Of a stretch of DNA of 64,000 bases, positions 47,145-56,981 are shown one piece after another; positions within the stretch are counted from its first letter, which is position 1; every line of letters begins with the position of its first letter. The position numbers and the translations under genes were made by a program. This stretch comes from Porphyromonas sp. (GTDB lineage: Bacteria; Bacteroidota; Bacteroidia; Bacteroidales; Porphyromonadaceae). Location: positions 7,242 through 71,241 of the forward strand of contig JAUNLZ010000001.1 of the NCBI GenBank assembly GCA_030532005.1. The letters run 5' to 3'. The notes beneath the pieces are model-generated. The model saw only the letters and a list, made by a program, of their open reading frames with translations. It did not search any database and was not told the origin of the DNA.

Positions 47145-49160
47145 ATGATGAATAAGTTTTACCAAAAGATTGTGCTCTTAGCCGTCGGTCTATTGCTCTC
47201 ATTGGGAGCAAACGCTCAGATGATCACCGATGCGGTGAGCTTCAAGCAAAGCGTCAGCAACACCGAGTCGGGAGAGGTGACCTTGCAGTTTACAGCCACG
47301 CTTAAGAGCGGTTGGCACATTTATGACGTCGATTTGCCCGAGGGTGGACCGACGCCCACTTCGATCGAATTAGATGGATCAAAGGGGGTAAAGTTGGTCG
47401 GTGACTTGAGGCCCTCCAAAGAGGCGACCGCTGTCTATGACCCCAACTTTGAGATGGAATTGAAGTGGCATACAGGGGGCGTGACATTTGAACAGAAGGC
47501 CCAGATTGAGGATCCTGAGCGCTTTGTATTGGCGGGCGATTTGGTCTATATGCTCTGTGACGATCAGACCTGTCTGCCGCCCACTCGCCTGCCCTTTGAG
47601 ATAAAGGCGGCAGACCTCACAACTCCTCTGACCATGACAGCAATCGCTACGGTAGTGGAAGAGGTGACAGAGGAGGCCGACCAACCTACAACTGCGGTGG
47701 AGGATGCCGCTACCTTTGACGGCGATATCTGGAAACCGGTACAGGAGGAGCTGAAAGCGTATGGCGACAAGACCCTCGCTGCAACGGACAATTCGCTTTT
47801 GGTGATATTTTTCCTCGGTTTTGTAGGCGGTCTTATCGCCCTACTCACACCTTGTGTGTGGCCGATGATACCGATGACGGTGAGCTTCTTCCTCAAACGC
47901 AGCAAGAGCCGAAAGGCAGCTATTCGGGACGCGATTGTATATGGTGTAGCTATCATTGTCATCTATTTGGCATTGGGGCTGCTGATCACCGCCATATTCG
48001 GTGCCGATGCGTTGAATAATTTGGCTACAAGCGCGGTCTTTAACCTGATCTTCTTTGCCCTGTTGGTCTTCTTCGCCGTCAGCTTTTTCGGTGCCTTTGA
48101 GTTGGTGTTGCCACAGTCTTGGACCAATAAGATGGATGCCAAAGCGGAGAGTACGAGCGGTTTGCTCAGCATCTTCTTTATGGCGTTTACTCTCGCCTTG
48201 GTCTCTTTCTCCTGCACCGGACCGATTATCGGTACTCTGTTAGTGGAGGCGGCCACCTCCGGCAGCTTGCTGAGTCCCGCCATCGGTATGCTTGGGTTTG
48301 CGGTAGCGTTGGCACTGCCCTTTACGCTCTTTGCAATCTTCCCCAACTTCCTACAAAGTATGCCGAAGAGCGGCGGTTGGATGACCAGTGTCAAGGTGAC
48401 GCTCGGCTTCTTGGAGTTGGCACTGTCACTCAAGTTCTTGTCAGTGGCGGATCTGGCCTACGGCTGGGGTATTTTGGATCGCGAGACCTTCGTAGCCCTA
48501 TGGATTATTATCTTCTTCCTCTTGGGTATCTACCTCCTTGGCAAGCTCAAATTACCGCACGACAGCGACCTCCCTTATGTCAGTGTCTCACGCCTCTTTT
48601 TAGCAATCATTTCGCTCTCCTTTGCCATGTATATGGTGCCGGGACTGTGGGGCGCGCCCCTCAAGGCGATCAGCGCCTTTGCTCCTCCGCTCTACACACA
48701 GGACTTTAATCTCTACACGGCGGAGGTACACCCTAAGTTCCACGACTATGAGAGCGGTATGCGTGCGGCACGTGCCGAGGGCAAACCGGTATTGATCGAC
48801 TTTTCGGGCTACGGCTGCGTCAACTGTCGTGAGATGGAGGCGTCGGTATGGACCGACCCCAAGGTCAAGAGTATCATAGATGATCAATTTATACTGATCA
48901 CATTGATCGTGGACGACAAGACCAGACTCCCCGAGTACATCGAGGTGCGGGACGGTGACCAAACGCGCAAGCTCAAGACCATCGGAGAGAAGTGGAGCTA
49001 CTTCCAGTCACAGAAGTTCGGTGCCAATGCACAGCCATTCTACGTGATGCTGGACGGCAACGGTCTACCGTTAGGACCAAGCTACGGCTTTGACAAGAAC
49101 GTCGACAATTATGTCAAGTGGCTGCAAAGCGGACTTGCCGAGTACAAAAAGAAAAAGTAA
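47145..49160 (+). CDS. dsbD: Thiol:disulfide interchange protein DsbD family
   Basis: GWHIY, CDDQTCLPP, LTPCVWPMIP, FSCTGP, thioredoxin motif GCVNCREME; start ATG 47145 or 47148. Confidence 0.92.
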   Translation: MMNKFYQKIVLLAVGLLLSLGANAQMITDAVSFKQSVSNTESGEVTLQFTATLKSGWHIYDVDLPEGGPTPTSIELDGSKGVKLVGDLRPSKEATAVYDPNFEMELKWHTGGVTFEQKAQIEDPERFVLAGDLVYMLCDDQTCLPPTRLPFEIKAADLTTPLTMTAIATVVEEVTEEADQPTTAVEDAATFDGDIWKPVQEELKAYGDKTLAATDNSLLVIFFLGFVGGLIALLTPCVWPMIPMTVSFFLKRSKSRKAAIRDAIVYGVAIIVIYLALGLLITAIFGADALNNLATSAVFNLIFFALLVFFAVSFFGAFELVLPQSWTNKMDAKAESTSGLLSIFFMAFTLALVSFSCTGPIIGTLLVEAATSGSLLSPAIGMLGFAVALALPFTLFAIFPNFLQSMPKSGGWMTSVKVTLGFLELALSLKFLSVADLAYGWGILDRETFVALWIIIFFLLGIYLLGKLKLPHDSDLPYVSVSRLFLAIISLSFAMYMVPGLWGAPLKAISAFAPPLYTQDFNLYTAEVHPKFHDYESGMRAARAEGKPVLIDFSGYGCVNCREMEASVWTDPKVKSIIDDQFILITLIVDDKTRLPEYIEVRDGDQTRKLKTIGEKWSYFQSQKFGANAQPFYVMLDGNGLPLGPSYGFDKNVDNYVKWLQSGLAEYKKKK

Positions 49161-49168
49161 GTAACAAT

Positions 49169-49200
49169 AAGGAGGGGGATGCGGATGGCACCCCCTCTTT
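49169..49200 (+). terminator. Intrinsic terminator after dsbD
   Basis: GAGGGGG-A-TGC / GCA-CCCCCTC followed by TTT. Confidence 0.6.
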
Positions 49201-49224
49201 AACGTATGGGAGCGTAATAGAAGT

Positions 49225-50025
49225 ATGGATAAAAGTATGAGCAGTAGAGAAGAGAAACTCGAAGCGCTCGGTCGGTTGATAGATGTATTGGAGACGTTGA
49301 GGGTACAATGCCCTTGGGATGCCAAGCAGACCAATGAGTCGCTGCGTCACAACACGATAGAGGAGGTGTACGAACTGAGCGAAGCCCTCATTAATGATGA
49401 TCATACCGAGATCGAAAAGGAGTTGGGAGATGTATTGCTCCACGTGCTTTTTTACTCCAAGATAGGTGAGGAACAGGGGCAATTTGATTTGGCGTCGGTC
49501 TGTCACCGAGAGGCGGACAAACTGATATTCAGACACCCGCATATCTACGGTGAGACCAAGGTCAACGACGCTCACGATGTCGAAACCAACTGGGAGCAAA
49601 TCAAGCTGAAGGAGAAAGGTGGTAATAAGACCGTCCTCGGAGGAGTGCCCAACGGACTCCCCTCCATCATCAAGGCGTATCGCGTACAGGAGAAGGCGGC
49701 AAATGTCGGCTTTGACTGGGAGCAACGAGAGGATGTCTGGGATAAGGTCTATGAGGAATTGGGCGAATTACGGTCTGAGATTGAGTCGGACAGTGACCTG
49801 ACCAAGAAAGAGGGGGAGATGGGGGATTTCCTTTTTAGCCTCATCAATATGGGGCGCCTTTACGGTGTGGATCCCGACACCGCTTTAGAGCGTACCAATC
49901 AGAAGTTCATCCGCCGTTTTAACTATATCGAAAAGCGTGCCAAAGAGCAGGGCAAGCAACTCCGTGATATGACCCTTGGAGAGATGGACCGCCTTTGGGA
50001 GGAGGCCAAGTCGACCGAAGCGTAA
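49225..50025 (+). CDS. mazG: Nucleoside triphosphate pyrophosphohydrolase
   Basis: CPWDAKQT, EEVYEL, ELGDVL, KLIFRHPH, GFDW, KFIRRF. Confidence 0.95.
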   Translation: MDKSMSSREEKLEALGRLIDVLETLRVQCPWDAKQTNESLRHNTIEEVYELSEALINDDHTEIEKELGDVLLHVLFYSKIGEEQGQFDLASVCHREADKLIFRHPHIYGETKVNDAHDVETNWEQIKLKEKGGNKTVLGGVPNGLPSIIKAYRVQEKAANVGFDWEQREDVWDKVYEELGELRSEIESDSDLTKKEGEMGDFLFSLINMGRLYGVDPDTALERTNQKFIRRFNYIEKRAKEQGKQLRDMTLGEMDRLWEEAKSTEA

Positions 50026-50094
50026 CCGACATCACCTGACACGCCATCGCACAAACAGCAAATCGGCACCATTAGAAAGGTGGCGGAAAAGAGG

Positions 50095-50102
50095 TATATT
50101 TG
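50095..50102 (+). promoter_or_regulatory. -7 promoter element for mutS (TATATTTG)
   Basis: TAnnTTTG match about 100 nt upstream of the ATG. Confidence 0.55.
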
Positions 50103-50205
50103 TAGACTGATGGTAACAACCGATAGGATGCGAGGTTGAGGTCGGATATGGACGGTAGGGCGGTGCCCTCAGCTCCACTGACGTGACTAACAATTATAGA
50201 TATAG

Positions 50206-52866
50206 ATGGCTAATAAGGTTTCAGAGACGCCGATGATGGCACAGTTCCGCCGCTTCAAAGAGCAGTACCCCGGTACGATTTTGCTCTTTAGAGTGGGCGA
50301 CTTTTATGAGACCTTCAACGAAGATGCCGTCGAAGCGTCTCGGATCCTCGGCCTCACGCTCACCAAGCGTGCCGATGACCCGATGGCGGGCTTTCCTCAC
50401 CACGCATTGGATAACTATCTGCCACGCTTGGTACGCAGTGGCAAACGGGTAGCGATCTGTGACCAGGTAGAGGACCCCAAGTTGGCCAAGAAATTGGTCA
50501 AACGGGCAGTGACGGAGGTGGTGACCCCGGGACTGACCATGGACGATTCGGTCCTCGAAGCCAACACCAACAACTTTTTGGCGGCGGTGGCTTTTGGCGG
50601 CGGCAGCGTAGGACTCTCCCTCTTAGACCTCTCCACGGGCGAATTTCTCTGTAGCCAGGGCACCCATGACGAGATAGATAAACTACTCTCCAACTTCGCA
50701 CCCAAGGAGGTGTTGGTAAAGCGTGGCACGGAACACGAGGTGGCACGGTTGTTTGGAGAGAAACTCAACCTCTTTCCGTTAGATGACTGGGTCTTTACGG
50801 TCGACTACGGCAGAGAGCGGTTGCTCAAACTCTTTGAGGTCAAGCACCTCAAAGCGTATGGGATAGAGCAGCTGGAGGCCGCCATCACAGCATCGGGGGC
50901 CATTCTTTTTTACCTCGAGGCGACCCACCATTCCGAGCTCAAACACATCAATACGATACATAAGTTGGAGGAAAACCGATTTGTGCAATTGGATCGTTTT
51001 ACCCTCCGCAACCTCGAGATCCTGCAACCTTTGTCCGATGACGGCAACGCCCTGATACAGGTGATTGATCACACCCGTACGCCGATGGGTGGCAGGCTCC
51101 TCAAAAGGTGGTTGCTTTTCCCGCTCTTAGACTCCAAAGCGATCGTCAAACGACAGCAAGCGGTTGCCGCCCTTCTACAACGCGAACCGCTTCGTCAGCG
51201 ACTCTCCGATACACTTTCGGAGATCGGCGACTTGGAGCGCTTGGCGAGCAAGGTATCGGTGCTTAGGATCAATCCCCGCGAGTTGCGACAGCTGGCAAAT
51301 GGTCTGAGGATGGTACAACCGCTGATGGAGGCACTTCAAGAGACGGGAGATCAGCCCCTCGTAGAGCTTGGTACAGCACTGGATCCATTGAGCGACCTCG
51401 CCGACCGTATCGAAAAGACCATCAACGAAGATACGCCCAACCAGTTGGGCAAAGGGCATGTGATTGCCACCGGCTTTAACTCTGATCTGGACGAATTGAG
51501 AGCTATTCTTTCCGGAGGCAAAGCTTACTTAGTGCAACTTCGCAACCGCGAGAGCGAAAAGACCGGTATCCCGAGTCTCAAGATCGCCTACAACAATGTC
51601 TTTGGATATTACATCGAGGTACGCAATACGCATAAGGACAAGGTGCCGGAAGATTGGATCCGCAAGCAAACCTTGACACAAGCGGAGCGATACATCACGC
51701 CCGAGCTCAAAGAGTACGAGAGCAAGATCCTCGGGGCGGAGGAGCGGATACAGGTGTTGGAAAACGAGATCTACGATGCCCTCCTCTCCTTTGTGAGAGG
51801 CTACATCAAGGAGTTGCAGGGCAATGCGGCGGTACTCTCTCAGATCGATGTGCTGTTGTCTTTTGCCAATGTTGCTCGGCTTTATGACTACACCTGCCCT
51901 ATTGTCGACAACAGCGATGCGATAGATATTACCGACGGGCGTCACCCTGTGATCGAGCGTCTGATGCCTCCGGGAGAGAGCTACGTCCCCAACAGCCTCT
52001 ACTTAGATACCGAGCAACAGCAGATCATCGTCATCACGGGACCCAATATGGCAGGTAAGTCTGCGCTACTGAGACAGACCGCCCTCATTGTGCTTCTGGC
52101 ACAGGTGGGCAGTTACGTACCGGCAAAGGCGTCCCATATCGGTATCGTGGATCGGATCTTTACCCGAGTGGGAGCCTCGGACAATATATCGAGGGGGGAA
52201 AGTACCTTTATGGTGGAGATGACCGAAGCGGCGGCCATCCTCAATGGCATCACCAACCGCAGTTTGGTGCTGATTGACGAATTGGGTCGCGGTACCAGCA
52301 CCTATGACGGCATCTCCATAGCCCAAGCGATAGTGGAGTACATACACGACCATCCGAGAGGGCGTGCCAAGACACTGTTTGCCACCCATTATCACGAGCT
52401 CAATGAGTTAGAAGCCTGTTTCCCGAGAGTCAAGAACTACAACGTCTCCGTGCAGGAGTCGGGGGGCAAGATTATTTTCCTCCGCAAATTGATCAAAGGG
52501 GGCAGCGAACACTCATTCGGTATCCACGTTGCCAAATTGGCCGGTATGCCTCGTGATATCATCAATCGTGCCGAGACCATCTTGCAGGAGTTGGAGGCAT
52601 TGGCGGCAGAGCGAGAGGGACACGGCACAAGGAGCGGTTCACGAAGGAGTACCAAAACAGCGACCTTCGGCCAACGGGTAGCTGATAAGACGGTACAAGA
52701 CGGTCCGGTGCAGTTGAGCTTCTTCCAATTGGACGATCCTATGCTTTCGCAAGTGAGGGAGGAGATCATCGGTTTGGATCTCAATGCACTCACTCCGATA
52801 GAGGCGCTCAACAAGTTAAACAACATTCAACGTCTCCTCACGGGAGGGAAGGAGGCCAATCAATAA
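50206..52866 (+). CDS. mutS: DNA mismatch repair protein MutS
   Basis: TPMM, GDFYETF, GPNMAGKS, STFMVEM, DELGRGTST, FATHYHEL, QLSFF clamp motif. Confidence 0.97.
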   Translation: MANKVSETPMMAQFRRFKEQYPGTILLFRVGDFYETFNEDAVEASRILGLTLTKRADDPMAGFPHHALDNYLPRLVRSGKRVAICDQVEDPKLAKKLVKRAVTEVVTPGLTMDDSVLEANTNNFLAAVAFGGGSVGLSLLDLSTGEFLCSQGTHDEIDKLLSNFAPKEVLVKRGTEHEVARLFGEKLNLFPLDDWVFTVDYGRERLLKLFEVKHLKAYGIEQLEAAITASGAILFYLEATHHSELKHINTIHKLEENRFVQLDRFTLRNLEILQPLSDDGNALIQVIDHTRTPMGGRLLKRWLLFPLLDSKAIVKRQQAVAALLQREPLRQRLSDTLSEIGDLERLASKVSVLRINPRELRQLANGLRMVQPLMEALQETGDQPLVELGTALDPLSDLADRIEKTINEDTPNQLGKGHVIATGFNSDLDELRAILSGGKAYLVQLRNRESEKTGIPSLKIAYNNVFGYYIEVRNTHKDKVPEDWIRKQTLTQAERYITPELKEYESKILGAEERIQVLENEIYDALLSFVRGYIKELQGNAAVLSQIDVLLSFANVARLYDYTCPIVDNSDAIDITDGRHPVIERLMPPGESYVPNSLYLDTEQQQIIVITGPNMAGKSALLRQTALIVLLAQVGSYVPAKASHIGIVDRIFTRVGASDNISRGESTFMVEMTEAAAILNGITNRSLVLIDELGRGTSTYDGISIAQAIVEYIHDHPRGRAKTLFATHYHELNELEACFPRVKNYNVSVQESGGKIIFLRKLIKGGSEHSFGIHVAKLAGMPRDIINRAETILQELEALAAEREGHGTRSGSRRSTKTATFGQRVADKTVQDGPVQLSFFQLDDPMLSQVREEIIGLDLNALTPIEALNKLNNIQRLLTGGKEANQ

Positions 52867-52875
52867 GGGAACGAT

Positions 52876-53871
52876 ATGGAAAACCCTAACAAGTTATCAA
52901 TCCTTAAAGAGATGCCGGAAGAGATACAGCGTGCCCAAGAGCGGTTTGACGAACTCTATTTCTCCACTATACACAGCATCTCCCCCACCATCACCAAAGC
53001 GGTGGAGCTACTGCACCAGCAGACCTCCAAACAGATCAGACCGCTGCTACTCACCTTAGTGGCCGGCTGTTATCGAGAGGTGACGGAGGAGGTCATCAAC
53101 GGCGCCGTATTTATCGAGTTGCTACATGTAGCTACACTCGCCCACGATGATGTGATTGATGAAAGCGGCTACCGTAGGGGCGTCCCTTCGCTCAACGCCA
53201 TCTTTGATAATCACAAGGCGGTACTCATAGGTGACTATCTCCTTGCCAACGCCATGGTACAGGCGGTGATGACCAACAACCAAGCGATTGTGCTACAGTT
53301 GGCAAAGTTGGGCAAACACCTCTCCGAGGGCGAGATATTGCAGATGGATACGGCGGAGTTGGGCGACTACTCTGAGGAACGCTACTTGGAGATCATTGAC
53401 CGCAAGACCGCCTCACTCATTGAGAGTAGTATGATGATCGGGGCGATATTGGCCGGGCAGGAGGAGCCGGATCTGCTCCGCAACATACAGACGGCGGGGC
53501 AATTGATCGGCAGGGCTTTCCAAATCCGTGATGACATCTTTGACTATCAGCCGACCAAGAGTTTGGGCAAACCCTCCGGACAAGATATTGCCGAACACAA
53601 AGTGACGCTACCGCTCATCTATGCGCTCGACCAAAAGTCCAAGGATAGAGACAAAGTACTCAAACTACTGCGTCACGAAGAACTGAAGAGGAGAGACATC
53701 CAATTTATCATCGACTACACCATAAGAATGGGGGGAATCAATTATGCCACCCAACGTATGGAGGAGATGGTGACTCAGGCCAAAGCATTGCTCATAGAGA
53801 CATTGCCCGACAACGAAAATCGCGATGCCCTACTCGCCATAGCGGACTATATTGTCAACCGCAAATTATAA
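52876..53871 (+). CDS. Polyprenyl diphosphate synthase (IspB-like)
   Basis: KQIRP, HDDVID...RRG, KTASL, FQIRDDIFD, GKPSGQD. Confidence 0.9.
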   Translation: MENPNKLSILKEMPEEIQRAQERFDELYFSTIHSISPTITKAVELLHQQTSKQIRPLLLTLVAGCYREVTEEVINGAVFIELLHVATLAHDDVIDESGYRRGVPSLNAIFDNHKAVLIGDYLLANAMVQAVMTNNQAIVLQLAKLGKHLSEGEILQMDTAELGDYSEERYLEIIDRKTASLIESSMMIGAILAGQEEPDLLRNIQTAGQLIGRAFQIRDDIFDYQPTKSLGKPSGQDIAEHKVTLPLIYALDQKSKDRDKVLKLLRHEELKRRDIQFIIDYTIRMGGINYATQRMEEMVTQAKALLIETLPDNENRDALLAIADYIVNRKL

Positions 53872-53930
53872 CGAAGTCCCAATTATTAGTATACATACAT
53901 ATTTAGGTAATAGAGTATTAGAGAAGAAAG

Positions 53931-54689
53931 ATGATGAAAAGATTAGTACTGATCAGACACGGCCAAAGCCAATGGAACCTTGAAAACCGATTTACCGGAT
54001 GGACGGATGTTGACCTCACTCCCCTTGGTGTGGAGGAGGCGGTAAAGGCGGGAGACCTACTCAAAGCCGAAGGATTTCACTTTACATTGGCCTACACCAG
54101 CTACCTCAAACGTGCTGTCAAGACCCTCAATACGGTACTCGACCGTATGGATCTCGACTGGATACCGGTCGAAAAAAGCTGGAGGCTCAACGAGAAGCAC
54201 TACGGTATGCTGCAAGGCCTCAACAAGTCGGAGACTGCCGAGAAGTACGGCGAAGAGCAAGTACTGGTATGGCGTCGCAGCTTTGATGTACCGCCTGCGC
54301 CACTTGATGCAGATGACGAGCGCTCGCCCTATAAGGAGGCGAGATATGCCGCCATCAGTAGAGAAGAGCTTCCTCTCACGGAGAGCCTCAAAGAGACCAT
54401 AGAGCGCATCATGCCCTATTGGGAACAAGAGATATTCCCCGCCCTCAAAGAGCACGACGACATCATTGTGGCGGCACACGGCAATAGCCTGAGAGCGATT
54501 ATCAAGAAACTCAAAGGCATCTCGGACGAAGAGATTGTCTCGCTCAACCTTCCCACCGCAATTCCTTACGTATTTGAGTTTGACGAAACCAAAGGGATGG
54601 AGTTGGTTAAAGACTACTTCTTGGGCGATCCCGAAGTGGTCAAAAAGATGATGGAGGCGGTTGCCAACCAAGGTAAAAGCAAGAAATAA
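53931..54689 (+). CDS. gpmA: 2,3-BPG-dependent phosphoglycerate mutase
   Basis: [30 protein letters not shown]. Confidence 0.96.
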   Translation: MMKRLVLIRHGQSQWNLENRFTGWTDVDLTPLGVEEAVKAGDLLKAEGFHFTLAYTSYLKRAVKTLNTVLDRMDLDWIPVEKSWRLNEKHYGMLQGLNKSETAEKYGEEQVLVWRRSFDVPPAPLDADDERSPYKEARYAAISREELPLTESLKETIERIMPYWEQEIFPALKEHDDIIVAAHGNSLRAIIKKLKGISDEEIVSLNLPTAIPYVFEFDETKGMELVKDYFLGDPEVVKKMMEAVANQGKSKK

Positions 54690-54701
54690 TCTGCACCCTC
54701 A

Positions 54702-54821
54702 CGACCTAAGGGCGTGAGAAAACAGATGTTTCTTTCCCTGAAACCAAGAAATCCCCTACCGGTTATTTGCCGATAGGGGATTTCTTTATTCAGGCTTATT
54801 TATGGCGACCCTAACGGGTCG
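54702..54821 (+). repeat. Diverged solo arm of the REP-like element
   Basis: CGACCTAAGGGCG, then a long hairpin containing CCCCTACCGG/GCCGATAGGGG, then CGACCCTAACGGGTCG; same order and about 120-nt span as arm 19346-19467. Confidence 0.65.
54746..54786. terminator. Hairpin between convergent gpmA and sufD (probable bidirectional terminator)
   Basis: AAGAAATCCCCTA-C-CGG / CCG-A-TAGGGGATTTCTT. Confidence 0.7.
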
Positions 54822-54866
54822 ATCGTCGACACGCCAGATATAGTTGCTGCGGGGTAGAGCCGCCGG

Positions 54867-56195
54867 TTACTGTTTGCAATTGGAAGGGATGCCTCGGTAA
54901 CGTTTGTCAAGTGTCGCTTCCAACCGCTCTCGCAAAGGTTGGTAAGTAATCTTATCCAACACTTCGGTCATAAACGCCGCAGTCAACATCAAGCGGGCTT
55001 CCATCTTGGGTATACCTCTCTGTTGTAGGTAGAAGATGGCCAGGTCGTCCAACTCTCCCGTGGTCATTCCGTGCGAACACTTTACGTCATCGGCATAGAT
55101 CTCCAATTGCGGTTTGGAGTACATTTTAGCTTTATCAGACAGCAAAAGGTTGCGGTTGTTTTGGTACGCCATGGTCTTTTGGGCATCTTTAGCCACATAA
55201 ATTCGACCGCTAAAAGCACCAACCGAACTGTCGTTCATCGTATACTTAAAGAGTTCGTCCGAAAAACAGTTGGGGACGCTATGGCGGATCAGTGACCAGC
55301 TGTCCAATTGTTTGTCTCCATCCAAGAGACCGAGGCCATCGAGATCCAAATGAGCATTTTCGCCCGCCAAGTCACAGTAGTAGTTGTTACGTGTGGTGCC
55401 GTTTTGCATTGTGATGCTATCTACCACCACATTACTGTCCTGCTCTTGGTGTATGTGCGTATCCATCAGTCGGAGGGAGTGCGTACCGGTTTCCTCTACG
55501 TTGTAGTAATGGATACCGGCTCCCTTTTGGGCATAAATCTCTATGGCTCCGATGTACGCCGAGTCGGTGTCCGTATTGCCGTGATCACAGAGTAGGAGAG
55601 TGGCGGAGCTATTGGCTTCGGCAATCACCAAGATGCGCGGGAATGTGAGGGTACTCACCTCTGCCGCGGTACCGGCATAGTGTATCAGGTGTATCGGTTT
55701 TTCGACTTTCACCCCCTTAGGGATGTGCAACACAAATAGGTCTTGGGCATAGAGGGTATTGAGCTGTGTCAGCGGCGCCTTACGCGCAGATGCCATCTGA
55801 TTGTAGTATTTGGCGGCAACACCGGGGTGCTTCAACTCAAAGTCATCTATGGATCCGACGAAAAACTCTTGGCTATTCACCGTAGATGAGACTCTGCCAC
55901 CTACTAAGTAGGCTTGGTGTACGTCGGGATAGGTCAAGCGGCAGGCATACGCTTTGGTCTCCTCGCTACTGAGCTTGGGGGTAATGGTGATGTGCCGATC
56001 TTCGGAGAGGAATTGATCGATCTTAAAATACTTATAGTCCTCTTCGCGATAGACGGGAAGTCCCTCCTCTATCAGAGCGGTCTTTGCCATCGGCCTCCAC
56101 TGTTCCATCACCGGGTGTGCTTGCCCCGGTTGGTGGCGTTCGAGGAATTGCCGTGCCAAGGAGCGTTGCAATTCTTGTCTTTTACTCTTTTTCAT
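54867..56195 (-). CDS. sufD: Fe-S cluster assembly protein SufD
   Basis: FSGRIYVAKDAQKT, KPQLEIYADDVKCSHG, FYLQQRGI. Confidence 0.93.
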   Translation of the reverse strand: MKKSKRQELQRSLARQFLERHQPGQAHPVMEQWRPMAKTALIEEGLPVYREEDYKYFKIDQFLSEDRHITITPKLSSEETKAYACRLTYPDVHQAYLVGGRVSSTVNSQEFFVGSIDDFELKHPGVAAKYYNQMASARKAPLTQLNTLYAQDLFVLHIPKGVKVEKPIHLIHYAGTAAEVSTLTFPRILVIAEANSSATLLLCDHGNTDTDSAYIGAIEIYAQKGAGIHYYNVEETGTHSLRLMDTHIHQEQDSNVVVDSITMQNGTTRNNYYCDLAGENAHLDLDGLGLLDGDKQLDSWSLIRHSVPNCFSDELFKYTMNDSSVGAFSGRIYVAKDAQKTMAYQNNRNLLLSDKAKMYSKPQLEIYADDVKCSHGMTTGELDDLAIFYLQQRGIPKMEARLMLTAAFMTEVLDKITYQPLRERLEATLDKRYRGIPSNCKQ

Positions 56196-56953
56196 TACGC
56201 TTCTCCTTCCTGCTCATCGCGTATCCAATCGTATCCGCGCTCCTCCAACTCAAGAGCCAAGTCGGGGCCGCCGGTCTTGACGATACGACCGTCAAGCAAT
56301 ACGTGTACGATATCGGGTTTGATAAAATCGAGCAACCTCTGATAGTGGGTAATCACGATAGCGGCACTCTCCGGTGAGCGCAAGGTATTGACTCCGTGAG
56401 CCACTATTTTGAGGGCATCGATATCGAGTCCGGAGTCGGTCTCGTCAAGTATGGAGAGCTTGGGCTGGAGCACCGCCATTTGGAATATCTCGTTACGCTT
56501 CTTCTCTCCTCCCGAAAAGCCGACATTCACGGCACGGTTGGTCAGCTCACTCTTGAGCTCCACCAATTTCTGTTTTTCTCGGATCAGTTTGAGGAACTCC
56601 GACGCACTCATAGGGTGCTCGCCGTGGGCTATCCTCTTGGCATTGACTGCGGTACGGAGGAAGTTGACCATACTGACTCCCGGGATCTCGACAGGGTATT
56701 GGAAGCTCATAAATATCCCTTCCTGCGCACGCTCCTCCGGCTCCATATCCAAAAGGTTGTGTCCGTTGTAGACCACTTTACCCTCAGTCACCTCGTAGCG
56801 GGGATGACCGGTGAGGACGTTGGAGAGGGTACTCTTGCCGGCTCCGTTGGGACCCATAATGGCGTGTACTTCGCCGGCATTGACTGTCAGGTCAACGCCT
56901 TTGAGGATGGTCTTATCCTCAATCTTGGCGTGTAGATTCTTTATCTGTAACAT
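56195..56953 (-). CDS. sufC: Fe-S cluster assembly ATPase SufC
   Basis: GPNGAGKST, FQYPVEIPGV, GFSGGEKKRNE, DETDSGLDID. Confidence 0.96.
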   Translation of the reverse strand: MLQIKNLHAKIEDKTILKGVDLTVNAGEVHAIMGPNGAGKSTLSNVLTGHPRYEVTEGKVVYNGHNLLDMEPEERAQEGIFMSFQYPVEIPGVSMVNFLRTAVNAKRIAHGEHPMSASEFLKLIREKQKLVELKSELTNRAVNVGFSGGEKKRNEIFQMAVLQPKLSILDETDSGLDIDALKIVAHGVNTLRSPESAAIVITHYQRLLDFIKPDIVHVLLDGRIVKTGGPDLALELEERGYDWIRDEQEGEA

Positions 56954-56981
56954 ATATATGATAGCAATGTATTTATAATTT

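Noticed and set aside
50108-50205. G-rich mutS leader with a possible stem (GTTGAGG/CCTCAGC)
   Set aside because: It is a single weak stem with no known riboswitch or ncRNA pattern, and cannot be supported without comparison.
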